Shown piece after piece: positions 9,048 through 18,915 of a DNA stretch of 64,000 nucleotides. The position numbers were made by a program, and so were the translations under genes. The stretch is taken from NCBI GenBank assembly GCA_964505165.1, contig CAZDGZ010000002.1, forward strand, positions 738 through 64,737, read 5' to 3'. Numbering within the stretch: position 1 is the first letter of the stretch; each line of letters opens with the position of its first letter. Source of the stretch: an uncultured Anaerolineaceae bacterium (GTDB taxonomy: Bacteria; Chloroflexota; Anaerolineae; Anaerolineales; Villigracilaceae). Under the pieces are notes generated by a model. It saw only the letters and a program-made list of their open reading frames with translations, made no database searches and was not told the DNA's origin.

Positions 9048-10445
9048 ATGATTCGCATCTACAACACCCTCACCCGCAAAAAAGACGAATTCCACACCCT
9101 CGAACCCAACGTCGTCAAAATGTATGTCTGCGGTCCCACCGTCTACTCGGATGCGCACGTCGGGCACGCGATGTCCGTCATCGTCTTCGACATCATCCGC
9201 CGATACCTTGAATATCGCGGCTACACCGTCCGCCACGTAATGAACTTCACCGACGTAGACGACAAAATCATCGCCCGCGCCAACGAACAAGGCGTAGACC
9301 CCTTCGACCTCGCGGAACAATACATCCAAGATTTTCAACAACACCTCGAAGACCTAAACGTCCTCCCCGCGACCTCCAACCCGCGCGCCACCCGCGTCAT
9401 GGACAGCATCATCGAAATGGTCTCCGGGCTTATCGAAAAAGGATATGCCTACGCCGCTCCCAACGGCGACGTATACTTCCGCGTCACCAAAGACGAAGAC
9501 TACGGCAAACTCTCCGGGCGAAAACTCGAAGACATGCAAGCAGGCGCGCGCATCGAAGTGGACGAAAACAAAGAACACCCAATGGACTTTGCCCTCTGGA
9601 AAGCCGCCAAACCCGGCGAACCCGCGTGGGATTCCCCTTGGGGCAAAGGGCGCCCCGGCTGGCACATCGAATGTTCCGCCATGAACCTAAAAGAACTCGG
9701 CGAAACCATTGACATTCACGGCGGCGGAAACGACCTCATCTTCCCTCACCACGAAAACGAAATCGCCCAATCCGAATCCTACACCGGCAAACCCTTCGCC
9801 CGCTACTGGGTACATAACGGGATGCTCCAACTCTCTGGAGAGAAGATGTCCAAATCGCTGGGAAACCTCATCACCATCAAAGAATTCCTCGCGGAACACG
9901 ATGGCGATGTGATGCGGATGCTCATCCTGAACGGGAACTACCGTTCCCCGCTCACCTTCAACGAAGAAACAATTGCCGCCGCCGAACGCGCTCTCGAACG
10001 TCTCAAAACCGGACTTCGGCCTGCCGCGGCGGAGGCAGCAGGACTCTCCACCCAAGCCGCCTCCGACCTCGCCTCCCTCGCGGAGAAAGCCAAAACCAAC
10101 TTCCTCGCCGCAATGGATGACGACTTCAACACCGCCGGAGCGATGGGGCACCTCTTCGACCTTGTCCGCGCCATCAACGCCGCCCGCGACGAAGGCGCGA
10201 CCGATGAGCAACTTGCTCCTGCCCAAGAAATTCTTCGAGAACTCACCGGCGTGCTGGGATTGCGCCTCCGAGAAAAAGAAGGCAAAAGCGACGCCGCCCC
10301 CTTCATAGACCTTCTCCTTGAAATTCGGCAAGAACTCCGAGAAGAAAAGAATTGGGCGCTCGCCGACAAAATCCGCGACAAACTCACCAAACTCGGAATC
10401 ATCATCGAAGACAGCAAAGACGGCGCTTCCTGGCGATGGGGATAG
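9048..10445 (+). CDS. cysS: Cysteine--tRNA ligase
   Basis: [31 protein letters not shown] (HIGH motif) and KMSKSLGN (KMSKS motif). 465 aa. Confidence 0.97.
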   Translation: MIRIYNTLTRKKDEFHTLEPNVVKMYVCGPTVYSDAHVGHAMSVIVFDIIRRYLEYRGYTVRHVMNFTDVDDKIIARANEQGVDPFDLAEQYIQDFQQHLEDLNVLPATSNPRATRVMDSIIEMVSGLIEKGYAYAAPNGDVYFRVTKDEDYGKLSGRKLEDMQAGARIEVDENKEHPMDFALWKAAKPGEPAWDSPWGKGRPGWHIECSAMNLKELGETIDIHGGGNDLIFPHHENEIAQSESYTGKPFARYWVHNGMLQLSGEKMSKSLGNLITIKEFLAEHDGDVMRMLILNGNYRSPLTFNEETIAAAERALERLKTGLRPAAAEAAGLSTQAASDLASLAEKAKTNFLAAMDDDFNTAGAMGHLFDLVRAINAARDEGATDEQLAPAQEILRELTGVLGLRLREKEGKSDAAPFIDLLLEIRQELREEKNWALADKIRDKLTKLGIIIEDSKDGASWRWG

Positions 10446-10452
10446 CCCCTAC

Positions 10453-11190
10453 ATGAAAGAATGGATATACGCCCGCAACGCGGTCTACGAAACCCTCCGC
10501 GCCGGCAGGCGGCAATACTTCTCCCTGCAAATAGCCGAAGGCGCGCGTGAAAAAGGACGCCTTGCAGATATCCTTCGCCTCGCACGCGAGAAAAAGATTC
10601 CCGTGCGCCGAGTCCCGCGCTCGCGGCTCGACAAACTGAACGCCAACCATCAAGGCGTCGCCCTCGAAGCCTCGCGCTACCCCTACCGCGTCCTCGCCGA
10701 CATCCTCGACGAAGCCGAAACGCGCGGCGAACCCCTTTTCGTCCTCCTCCTCGACTCCCTTCAAGACCCGCAAAACCTGGGCACACTCCTCCGCACCGCC
10801 GAAGCGGTCGGCGTACACGGAGTCATCCTGCCGCTCGCGCGCGCGGCGCAAGTGACGCCGGCGGTCGTCAACGCGTCTTCTGGGGCAAGTGAACACCTGC
10901 TCATCGCGCAAAGCAACCTCGCACAATCCATTGCCCAACTCAAAGACGCGGGCGCATGGATCGTCGGGCTGGAGGGGAGCGAAGCCGCACAACCGCCGGA
11001 GGAAATTCCACTCGACGGCGCGCTCGCCCTCGTCGTCGGCAGCGAAGGGCGCGGCATGAGAAACTTAGTGCGAAAATCCTGTGACCTTCTTCTCCGCTTG
11101 CCCATGCGCGGAAATATCGAATCCCTCAACGCCGCTGTCGCTGGCTCTGTTGCCCTCTATCTCGCTTACCTGAAACGCATAAACGCATAA
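10453..11190 (+). CDS. rlmB: TrmH-family 23S rRNA (guanosine-2'-O)-methyltransferase (RlmB-like)
   Basis: MKEWIYARNAVYETLRAG... is followed by a SpoU/TrmH domain (LDSLQDPQNLGTLLRTAEAVGVHGVIL, GSEGRGMR, ESLNAAVA). The start is at ATG 10453; the ORF-track N-terminal extension overlaps cysS. Confidence 0.85.
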   Translation: MKEWIYARNAVYETLRAGRRQYFSLQIAEGAREKGRLADILRLAREKKIPVRRVPRSRLDKLNANHQGVALEASRYPYRVLADILDEAETRGEPLFVLLLDSLQDPQNLGTLLRTAEAVGVHGVILPLARAAQVTPAVVNASSGASEHLLIAQSNLAQSIAQLKDAGAWIVGLEGSEAAQPPEEIPLDGALALVVGSEGRGMRNLVRKSCDLLLRLPMRGNIESLNAAVAGSVALYLAYLKRINA

Positions 11191-11202
11191 AAAGGAGAAC
11201 TT

Positions 11203-12522
11203 ATGCCCGATGCCGTATTTCACTTTCCCGTAGGGTTTCTTTGGGGAACAGCAACCGCCGCACATCAAGTCGAAGGCGGAAACACGAACAACAACTGGTA
11301 TGCCTGGGAAGAAGCCGGGCACACGGAAGATAAATCCGGGCTTGCCTGCGATTGGTGGGGCGGGCGCTGGAAAGAAGATTTCGACCGCGCCGCAGAATCC
11401 GGACAAAACGCTCATCGCTTTTCCATCGAGTGGAGTCGCATCCAGCCCGCGCCGGACCGATGGGATGAATCCGCTCTCGACCGTTACCGTGAAATGTTAC
11501 GCGGTCTTCGCGACCGAAACATGACCGCCCTCGTAACCCTTCACCATTTCACCGACCCGCTTTGGGTCTCCGAGCGCGGCGGCTGGGAAAACGACAAAAC
11601 GCCCGACCTCTTCGCCGCATTCGTCCGAAAAACCGTTCGGGCACTGAAAGAGTATGCCACACTCTGGGTCACCATCAACGAACCGAACGTCTACGCTTAC
11701 TCCGGCTATGTGGGAGGACAATTCCCTCCCGGCAAACAGGAGATGCGCGCCGCCTACCATGTGATGACCAATCTCACGCGCGGGCACGCGCGGGCGTACC
11801 ACGCCATCCACGAAATCCAACGGGAAGCGCGCGTCGGCATGGCAATCAACTACCGCTCCATGTTTCCCGCGAATCCAAAATCGCCGCTGGATAGATGGGT
11901 CGCCAAAACACAATCCGCGATGTTCAACCACCTCTTCCCCATCGCGGCGCAAACGGGAAAAATCAAATTCCCGACGAAAACCATTCGCCTCCCCGAAGCC
12001 GAAAAAACACAAGATTTCATCGGCGTCAATTACTACACCCGCGACTACGTTTCCTTCGATATCCGCATGGCTGGCGAACTCTTCGGGCGGCGCTCCTACG
12101 CCGAAAACGCCGATTTAAGCGAAACCGGCTTCATCGCCAACGAACCGGAGGGATTCTTCGAGGCGCTTCAATGGGCACACGGATTCCAAAAGCCAATCAT
12201 CGTCACCGAAAACGGCGTAGAAGATTCGCAAGGAAAAATGCGACCGAGATACCTCGCGCAGCACATCCATCAACTTTGGAGAGCCGTCAACTTCAATTGG
12301 CAAATCAAGGGCTATTTCCACTGGTCTCTCGTAGACAACTTCGAATGGGAACGCGGCTGGAGTCAGCGCTTCGGTCTCTGGGAATTGGATGTGGAAACCC
12401 AAGCACGCAGAAAACGTCCCTCTGCTGACCTCTACGCAGACATCTGCGCGGAAAACGGTCTCTCCGCCAAGATGGTGAAAACCTACTGCCCGGAAATCTA
12501 CGAAGCCATTTTCCCGGAATAA
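11203..12522 (+). CDS. Glycoside hydrolase family 1 beta-glucosidase
   Basis: FHFPVGFLWGTATAAHQVEGG, the TINEPN acid/base block and the VTENG nucleophile block are classic GH1 signatures. Confidence 0.92.
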   Translation: MPDAVFHFPVGFLWGTATAAHQVEGGNTNNNWYAWEEAGHTEDKSGLACDWWGGRWKEDFDRAAESGQNAHRFSIEWSRIQPAPDRWDESALDRYREMLRGLRDRNMTALVTLHHFTDPLWVSERGGWENDKTPDLFAAFVRKTVRALKEYATLWVTINEPNVYAYSGYVGGQFPPGKQEMRAAYHVMTNLTRGHARAYHAIHEIQREARVGMAINYRSMFPANPKSPLDRWVAKTQSAMFNHLFPIAAQTGKIKFPTKTIRLPEAEKTQDFIGVNYYTRDYVSFDIRMAGELFGRRSYAENADLSETGFIANEPEGFFEALQWAHGFQKPIIVTENGVEDSQGKMRPRYLAQHIHQLWRAVNFNWQIKGYFHWSLVDNFEWERGWSQRFGLWELDVETQARRKRPSADLYADICAENGLSAKMVKTYCPEIYEAIFPE

Positions 12523-12598
12523 AAGCCCCCACGCGTCTAAAAAGCGTTTGCTTCAAGAGCAGCGAGCAGCGTTAAACGCGAATTGGGGTTAATCTTTC

Positions 12599-12742
12599 TG
12601 ATATAATCTATACAACTTGCGATACAATACGCAAGCAATTTCCCCTTATAAAAGGAGGTGATGCGCGGCATAGATATTATGAAACCTTCCCTCCCCGGAT
12701 CTTTACTCAACTCAAATTCTCTGAAATAGGAGGAGAACCCCT
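12599..12742 (+). promoter_or_regulatory. Promoter plus structured leader of the ABC importer operon
   Basis: Extended -10 TGATATAAT (12599-12607). Hairpin CTTGCG-N8-CGCAAG (12616-12635). A 12-nt perfect anti-SD complement AAAGGAGGTGAT (12651-12662). CU tract CCTTCCCTCCCC (12685-12696). Real SD GGAGGAG (12729-12735) lies before ATG 12743. A 22-codon uORF spans 12661-12729. Confidence 0.5.
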
Positions 12743-15280
12743 ATGTTACGAAAACGCTTGTTTTTTGTGTTCGCTCTCATTTTGATTGCGAGCATGGCAT
12801 TGGCATCCTGCGGTCCGAAACCGACAGAAGCCCCTCAGGCTCCTGCGGAAACGGAAGCACCTGCCGTTGAAACCGAAGCCCCGACCGAAGTTCCTCCCAC
12901 CCCGACCCCCATTCCTGCTCCGCAGGGCGCGTGGGTGGACAAGGTCGTCGTCTCCACCTTCGACCAGGATCAGGCGATTCCGCGCTTGAAAGCCGGCGAA
13001 GTGGACATTTACGCCGACACCCTGGTGGATCCCGACACCTTCAATGAAGTCATGTCGGACGACAACCTGGATGCCGCCGTCGCCGTGACCGGCAAATCGG
13101 TAGACATTCACGTGAACCCCACCGAATTCGCGGAAGGCTTCAACCCCTTCACCGATGCCGGATTGCGCGAAGCGCTGCAATGGCTGCTGGATCGTGACTA
13201 CGCCGCGAAAGAAATCCACGGCGGGCTCGCGTATCCGAAATACACTGCGCTCTCCGTCAACCTTCCTGAATACGTGAACATCATCGGCACGGTCAAATCC
13301 ATCGAAGCGAAGTATCACTTCAATATGGAAAAAGGCAAAGCCGCTGTTGCAGAACGCATGGAAGCGATGGGCGCGGAAATGCAGGATGGCAAATGGGTGA
13401 AAGACGGCGAACCCGTCGTGATTCACTTCATCATCCGCACCGACCTGTGGAAGAACAAAGAAATCGGCGATATGTTCTCCGACGCGCTCGAAGAAGCCGG
13501 CTTCACTGTTGACCGCATGTACAAGACCCGTGACGAAGCCAGCCCCATCGTCTTCGGCAGTGACCCGACAGAAGGCGTCTGGAACCTCTACATTGGTGGT
13601 TGGGGCGCTGAAGGATTGGCACGCGACGAATCTTGGGTTTGGGGTTTCTTCTACACCAACCTCGGACTTGGCGTACCGCTGTGGCAAGCCTACGACGTTC
13701 CCGAAGAAGCATTCGATGTCGCTCAGAAACTTTGGAACGGCGAATTCGAAACCATTGACGAACGCACCGAACTGATGAAAGAAGCCACCGAGTTCTACAC
13801 CGCGTGGAACACGCACATGTTCGTCGTCGAACTCCTCGGCTTCCAGCCTTACCGCTCTGGCATCGAAACCGCCTACGACCTCGCTGCCGGTGTCGGCAGT
13901 TCCGACCTCTGGCCCTTCACCATTCGATGGGCGGATGAAATCGGCGGCACGATTAACTTCGCACAGAAGAGCCTCTACGTCGAACCCTGGAACCCGATTG
14001 CGGGCAGCAACTGGGCATACGACATGGCGATTCAAGCCGCGACAAATGACAAAGGCGTCTTCCTGGATCCCTACACCGGACTCGCACGCCCCGAGCGCAT
14101 CGAGAAAGCCGAAGTGGATGTTGTCGAAGGAACGCCCGTCAAGAAGACCCTCGATTGGGTTGACCTGAAATTCGTGGACAAAGTCGAAGTTCCTGGCGAC
14201 GCTTGGGTTGATTGGGATGCCGAGAACCAGAAGTGGATTACCGCGGAAGAAGCCGGCATCACCGAAGCCAAGATGAAGAGCGTTGTCTACTACCCCGCGG
14301 ACCTCTTCGACACCATCAAATGGCAAGACGGCAGCAACCTCTCCATTGCCGACTTCGTCTACGGCATGATTCTCACCTTCGATCGCGGCAAAGAAGCCAG
14401 CCCCATCTATGACGAAGCCGCTGCCGCCTCTCTGGATGCCTTCTTGAGCCACTTCAAAGGCGTCAAGATCGTCTCCACCGACCCGCTCATCATCGAAACC
14501 TACGACGACGGCGTGAGCCAGTTGGATGCCGAAAACCTCGTCAGCACCTGGTGGCCCCAGAACGCGCAGGCGTGGCATCTGCTTTCCATCGCCTCCGCTG
14601 CGGAAGCCAACGGCGAACTCGCCTACTCCGGCGACAAAGCCGATGCGAACGAAGTGGAATGGACCAGTTTCATCGCTGGACCCAGCCTCGAAATCCTCAA
14701 GACCTATCTGGATGACGCGGCTGCCAACGGCACCATCCCCTACGAAAACGTCATGAAAGACTACATTGCCGACGGCGAAGCAGAAGCCCGCTATGCCAAC
14801 CTCGCCAACTTCTATGACACCTACGGACACTTCTGGATTGGCACGGGTCCCTTCATCATTACCGAAGTGGATACCACCAACAAGACCGCTGTCCTCGTGA
14901 AATACGAAGACTATCCTGACTCTGCCGACAAATGGGGTATCTTCGGACAACCCATGCTCGCGGATGTCGAGATTGACGGCGATGGTCAGGTCGTCAAAGG
15001 GCAGGACGCCTCCTTCGATGTTTACGTCACCTTCAACGGCGATCCCTATCCTGCGGACGAAATTGCCAAAGTCTCGTACATGGTCTTTGACGAGAGCGGC
15101 AACCTGCTGACCCAGGGTGAAGCCGAGATGGCTGAAGAAGGAACTTACACCATCACCATCCCCGGCGATGCCACTGGCGAATTCGTTGCAGGCTCGCTGA
15201 AACTGCAAGTCGTTGCCGTTTCCAACGCTGTGGCAGTGCCCGGCGTCGGCTCGGTTGACTTCGTAGTCGTCGAACCCTAG
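12743..15280 (+). CDS. ABC transporter substrate-binding lipoprotein, family 5 (Opp/Dpp type), enlarged
   Basis: Signal peptide with lipobox LASC, a PTEAP-rich linker, a family-5 SBP core and a C-terminal beta-rich extension of about 130 aa. 845 aa. The four transporter genes follow. Confidence 0.9.
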   Translation: MLRKRLFFVFALILIASMALASCGPKPTEAPQAPAETEAPAVETEAPTEVPPTPTPIPAPQGAWVDKVVVSTFDQDQAIPRLKAGEVDIYADTLVDPDTFNEVMSDDNLDAAVAVTGKSVDIHVNPTEFAEGFNPFTDAGLREALQWLLDRDYAAKEIHGGLAYPKYTALSVNLPEYVNIIGTVKSIEAKYHFNMEKGKAAVAERMEAMGAEMQDGKWVKDGEPVVIHFIIRTDLWKNKEIGDMFSDALEEAGFTVDRMYKTRDEASPIVFGSDPTEGVWNLYIGGWGAEGLARDESWVWGFFYTNLGLGVPLWQAYDVPEEAFDVAQKLWNGEFETIDERTELMKEATEFYTAWNTHMFVVELLGFQPYRSGIETAYDLAAGVGSSDLWPFTIRWADEIGGTINFAQKSLYVEPWNPIAGSNWAYDMAIQAATNDKGVFLDPYTGLARPERIEKAEVDVVEGTPVKKTLDWVDLKFVDKVEVPGDAWVDWDAENQKWITAEEAGITEAKMKSVVYYPADLFDTIKWQDGSNLSIADFVYGMILTFDRGKEASPIYDEAAAASLDAFLSHFKGVKIVSTDPLIIETYDDGVSQLDAENLVSTWWPQNAQAWHLLSIASAAEANGELAYSGDKADANEVEWTSFIAGPSLEILKTYLDDAAANGTIPYENVMKDYIADGEAEARYANLANFYDTYGHFWIGTGPFIITEVDTTNKTAVLVKYEDYPDSADKWGIFGQPMLADVEIDGDGQVVKGQDASFDVYVTFNGDPYPADEIAKVSYMVFDESGNLLTQGEAEMAEEGTYTITIPGDATGEFVAGSLKLQVVAVSNAVAVPGVGSVDFVVVEP

Positions 15281-15294
15281 TTCGCGATAGATAA

Positions 15295-15329
15295 AGACCA
15301 GTGGGGGGCTTCCCCCACTGGTCTTTTTT
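15295..15329 (+). terminator. Intra-operon rho-independent terminator/attenuator after the SBP gene
   Basis: AGACCAGTGGGGG-GCTT-CCCCCACTGGTCT forms a 13-bp perfect stem, followed by TTTTTT. Confidence 0.8.
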
Positions 15330-15372
15330 CTTAAGAAACGATTTCCTTTTCCACAAAAAAGAGGAGAACCTT

Positions 15373-16449
15373 ATGGGTGGTGCGGGACGTTTTGCACGCT
15401 ACCTGGGAGTAAAAACCGTTTTACTTTTCATTACCACCTTGATTGGCGTATACATCACCATCTTGGTGGCAAATATGGGGGGCTATGTAGACAAATTACG
15501 CATTAGCCAGTTGAAAGAATCGGTAGGGCTTGCCATTATGAGCAACCCCGCGCTGAAAAATGTACCGACAGAACAAAAGAAACAAATGATAGAGGATAAA
15601 ATCCGCCTCGAGGAAAAACGCCTCGGGCTGGATAAACCCTTTATGGTCCGCAGCCTCTACTTCCTGCGGGACGCGATGACCCTGAACTTGGGACGCGCGC
15701 AATTCATGGTCAGCGACTCCGGTTCCCGACAAGTCCGAGAAATCATTTTGGAGCGGCTACCACCAACCTTGCTATTAATGGGGTCTTCTTTCTTTCTTAT
15801 CTTTTTCCTGAACTTATTTGTGGGGTTGGGACTATCTCGAAGTTACGGAAGTTGGATAGATAAAATCTACGTCGCCCTTGCCCCGCTCTCCGCTGCTCCG
15901 GCATGGTTCTACGGGATATTCCTCATCCTTGTCTTTGCTGCATGGCTTGGCTATTTGCCCTTTGGCGGCATGGTAGACGCGCCAAAACCGCAAGAACCTC
16001 TGGCTTACGCTCTCAACGTAGGGAAACACATGGTATTGCCGCTTGTCGCGATGCTGATGAGTTCACATTTCATCGGCGTATACGGAAACCGCACCTTTTT
16101 CCTTATCTACTCCAGCGAAGATTATGTAAGTCTCGCGAAAGCCAAAGGGTTGCCCGATAGAATGCTGGAACGCCGATACATCCTGCGCCCGACGTTGCCC
16201 ACAATCGTGACCAACTTCCTGCTCAGCGTTATCACGCTCTGGATGGGGGCAATCATATTTGAGACAGTCTTCAATTGGCCAGGAAATGGACGACTCTACT
16301 ACCAAGCCATCGGGCTGAAAGATGTCCCCGTTATCGTCGGTAACACCATCATCTACGCATACCTGTTGGCAATTTCCGTTTTCCTGTTAGACCTTATCTA
16401 CGCCATTCTGGATCCCAGAGTCCGCGTAGGCGGTTCTCAACACGACTAG
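15373..16449 (+). CDS. ABC transporter permease (DppB/OppB-like)
   Basis: Multi-TM protein with the BPD_transp_1 signature region (SEDYVSLAKAKGLPDRMLERRYILRPTLPTIVTNF). The start is at ATG 15373 behind GAGGAGAA. Confidence 0.9.
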   Translation: MGGAGRFARYLGVKTVLLFITTLIGVYITILVANMGGYVDKLRISQLKESVGLAIMSNPALKNVPTEQKKQMIEDKIRLEEKRLGLDKPFMVRSLYFLRDAMTLNLGRAQFMVSDSGSRQVREIILERLPPTLLLMGSSFFLIFFLNLFVGLGLSRSYGSWIDKIYVALAPLSAAPAWFYGIFLILVFAAWLGYLPFGGMVDAPKPQEPLAYALNVGKHMVLPLVAMLMSSHFIGVYGNRTFFLIYSSEDYVSLAKAKGLPDRMLERRYILRPTLPTIVTNFLLSVITLWMGAIIFETVFNWPGNGRLYYQAIGLKDVPVIVGNTIIYAYLLAISVFLLDLIYAILDPRVRVGGSQHD

Positions 16450-16466
16450 ACTGACGGAGAGAAAAC

Positions 16467-17855
16467 ATGGGATTCTTGAAATCTTTCTTCAAAGAACTGA
16501 AATACTATCCATCAGCCATTGTCGGGTTGCTCATCATCGCGCTGCTCATTGGTATGGCGCTTTACGCAGTCATCGCAATCCCCTACCATGAGGCAATCAC
16601 CCTTTGGCGCGGCAGCAGCGAAACCTGGTACCACAACCCGAAAAATGCGCCGCCAGCGTGGATCAACTACTTCCGCTCGAAAAAACTTCCAGAAACCATA
16701 GATGTCGATTCTCGACAAGACGACGAGCGCGTACAACGCGAAGAAACGGCGCTTAGTTCGGGAAAGCAAATTTTCTTGACCTATCAATTCGATTTCACCG
16801 CGGACGAATTTCCCGACGATGTGGTGCTCTACGTTTACCCCACCTACGCGGAAAAACAACCTTTCGTCTCTGGAGAATGGATTACTCCAGACGGAGAAAA
16901 AATCCGCCTTGGGAATTTTGCCGTCAACGAAGGATACAGTTTCCGATTCACGCAAGATAAAGACCTCGCGCGGCGCCTAAAACGGCTTTTGGGACGGGAA
17001 CTTCCCGCAGAACAAGCCCTGTTCATAGATACCTCTACCCTCCCCGAAGACAAAGAAGCGGCAATCGAAAATGCCGAACCTCTCAAAGGAACGTACACCC
17101 TTAACCTGACCATCACTACATTTGGAGAAAACGACGACGTAGACGCAGAGTTGATTATCTACGGAAAAGTGTATGGCATTGGAGGCACCGACCATTTGCG
17201 ACGCGACCTCACCGTCGGGCTGCTGTGGGGCACCCCGGTGGCTATGGCATTCGGGTTGATTTCCGCGCTCGTCATCGGGCTGGCGACCATGATTATCGCT
17301 GCAATCGGCGTATGGTATGGCGGAATCGTAGACGACACCATTCAACGCCTCACCGAAATCAACATGGTACTGCCCTTCCTGCCCATCCTGATTATGGTTG
17401 GTATTTTTATCTCCAGAAGTTTGTGGGTCATCATGCTCGTCACCATTGCCCTGAGTATCTTCGGAGGCGGGATTAAATCCTTCCGCGCCATGTTCCTGCA
17501 ATTACGCGCAGCCCCTTACATCGAGGCGGCGCAAGCGTATGGCGCAAGCAACGCGCGCATCATCTTCCTCTATCTCATTCCCCGCATTCTCCCCATGCTC
17601 ATCCCCGGCTTCATCAGCGCCATCCCCGGCTTCGTCTTCCTCGAAGCCTCTCTGGCAGTGTTGGGCATCGGCGACCCGGTATTGCCCACATGGGGCAAAA
17701 TCATCCAAGACGCACAAGGGAATGCAGCCCTCTACAAAGGCTACTATTACTGGATTTTGGAGCCCTCCATATTGCTCATGGTCACAGGGCTAGGCTTTGC
17801 CCTCCTCGGGTTCGCACTAGACCGCGTTTTCAACCCGCGCTTGCGGCAAGAGTAA
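16467..17855 (+). CDS. ABC transporter permease (DppC/OppC-like) with a large periplasmic insert
   Basis: An N-terminal TM helix is followed by an extracytoplasmic loop of about 200 aa, then the permease core (YIEAAQAYGASNARIIFLYLIPRILP). Confidence 0.9.
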   Translation: MGFLKSFFKELKYYPSAIVGLLIIALLIGMALYAVIAIPYHEAITLWRGSSETWYHNPKNAPPAWINYFRSKKLPETIDVDSRQDDERVQREETALSSGKQIFLTYQFDFTADEFPDDVVLYVYPTYAEKQPFVSGEWITPDGEKIRLGNFAVNEGYSFRFTQDKDLARRLKRLLGRELPAEQALFIDTSTLPEDKEAAIENAEPLKGTYTLNLTITTFGENDDVDAELIIYGKVYGIGGTDHLRRDLTVGLLWGTPVAMAFGLISALVIGLATMIIAAIGVWYGGIVDDTIQRLTEINMVLPFLPILIMVGIFISRSLWVIMLVTIALSIFGGGIKSFRAMFLQLRAAPYIEAAQAYGASNARIIFLYLIPRILPMLIPGFISAIPGFVFLEASLAVLGIGDPVLPTWGKIIQDAQGNAALYKGYYYWILEPSILLMVTGLGFALLGFALDRVFNPRLRQE

Positions 17856-17871
17856 GGGAAGGAGACCAACA

Positions 17872-18900
17872 ATGATTTCTTCCACAAACCCGAAAGAACA
17901 TGCGCTGGTCGTTGACGATTTGGTGCTTTATTTTCAATTGACACATGGAGTCGTTCAAGCCGTAGACCATGTGAGTTTTGCTCTTCCGAAAAACCGAGCA
18001 GTCGTCGTCATCGGCGAATCCGGCTGCGGAAAAACCTCGATGGGACACGCCCTCACCCGTCTCTTGCCGCGAAACGTCCACGCGTACAGCGGGAAAGTCT
18101 ATATTGACGGAAAAGAGACGATGGAAATGGACGATGAGACCTATCGAGAAGAAATTCGATGGGCAAAAATCTCCTTAGTTCCCCAAGCGGCGATGAACGC
18201 CCTCAACCCCGTACTGAAACTGAAGGATCAAGTTCTGGAGCCTCTCCTGCTGCACGAAAAAGGGATTGAGATGGACGCAGCGCTGGAACGCGTGCGGGAA
18301 GTTTTCGATTTCGTCGGCGTTCCCCAAGGATTTATCGAACGCTATCCCTTCGAACTCAGCGGCGGGATGAGACAGCGCGTGGTCATCGCGATGGCATTAA
18401 TCACCAAACCTTCCGTCATCGTCCTGGACGAACCAACCTCCGCACTGGATGTATTGACGCAAGCAAACATCTACAACGTCCTCAAACGCATCAAATGGGA
18501 GATGGGCACAAGTTTCGTCCTCATCACGCACGACGTTGCAACCTCCAGCGAACTCGCCGACGATGTGTTGGTGATGTACGCCGGACACATGATGGAACAT
18601 TCCTCCGCAGAAGCCTTTTTCGCCAACCCGCTCCACCCCTACGCAAAAATGCTCATGGCAGCCGTACCGAAACTTTACGGGGACGAAGAACTTCAATTCA
18701 TCCCCGGAAAACCGCCCAGCCTTCTTTCTCCGCCGAAGGGCTGCCGTTTTGCCGATAGATGCCCTCAGGCAACCGAAAAATGCCAAACGGAGCCGCCGAC
18801 TTTCCGCCTCGGAGACCGTCTCGTCAAATGCTGGCTCTATGAAGACGAAGCAGACGAAATCCTCCAAACCCCAGCGGAAACGCCCGCTGCCGCATCCTAG
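17872..18900 (+). CDS. ABC transporter ATP-binding protein (DppD/OppD-like)
   Basis: Walker A GESGCGKT, signature LSGGMRQR, Walker B VIVLDEPTSALD, and a C-terminal oligopeptide-type domain with a CRFADRCP cluster. Confidence 0.93.
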   Translation: MISSTNPKEHALVVDDLVLYFQLTHGVVQAVDHVSFALPKNRAVVVIGESGCGKTSMGHALTRLLPRNVHAYSGKVYIDGKETMEMDDETYREEIRWAKISLVPQAAMNALNPVLKLKDQVLEPLLLHEKGIEMDAALERVREVFDFVGVPQGFIERYPFELSGGMRQRVVIAMALITKPSVIVLDEPTSALDVLTQANIYNVLKRIKWEMGTSFVLITHDVATSSELADDVLVMYAGHMMEHSSAEAFFANPLHPYAKMLMAAVPKLYGDEELQFIPGKPPSLLSPPKGCRFADRCPQATEKCQTEPPTFRLGDRLVKCWLYEDEADEILQTPAETPAAAS

Positions 18901-18915
18901 TCACGGAGAAATTCT

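Noticed and set aside
12746-15208. 820-aa ORF on the minus strand spanning almost the whole SBP gene
   Set aside because: It is exactly codon-aligned antisense to a gene with clear homology. Its translation is low-complexity and G/V/R/F-rich with no recognisable domain, RBS or signal. It is explained by the absence of TTA/CTA/TCA codons in the sense gene.
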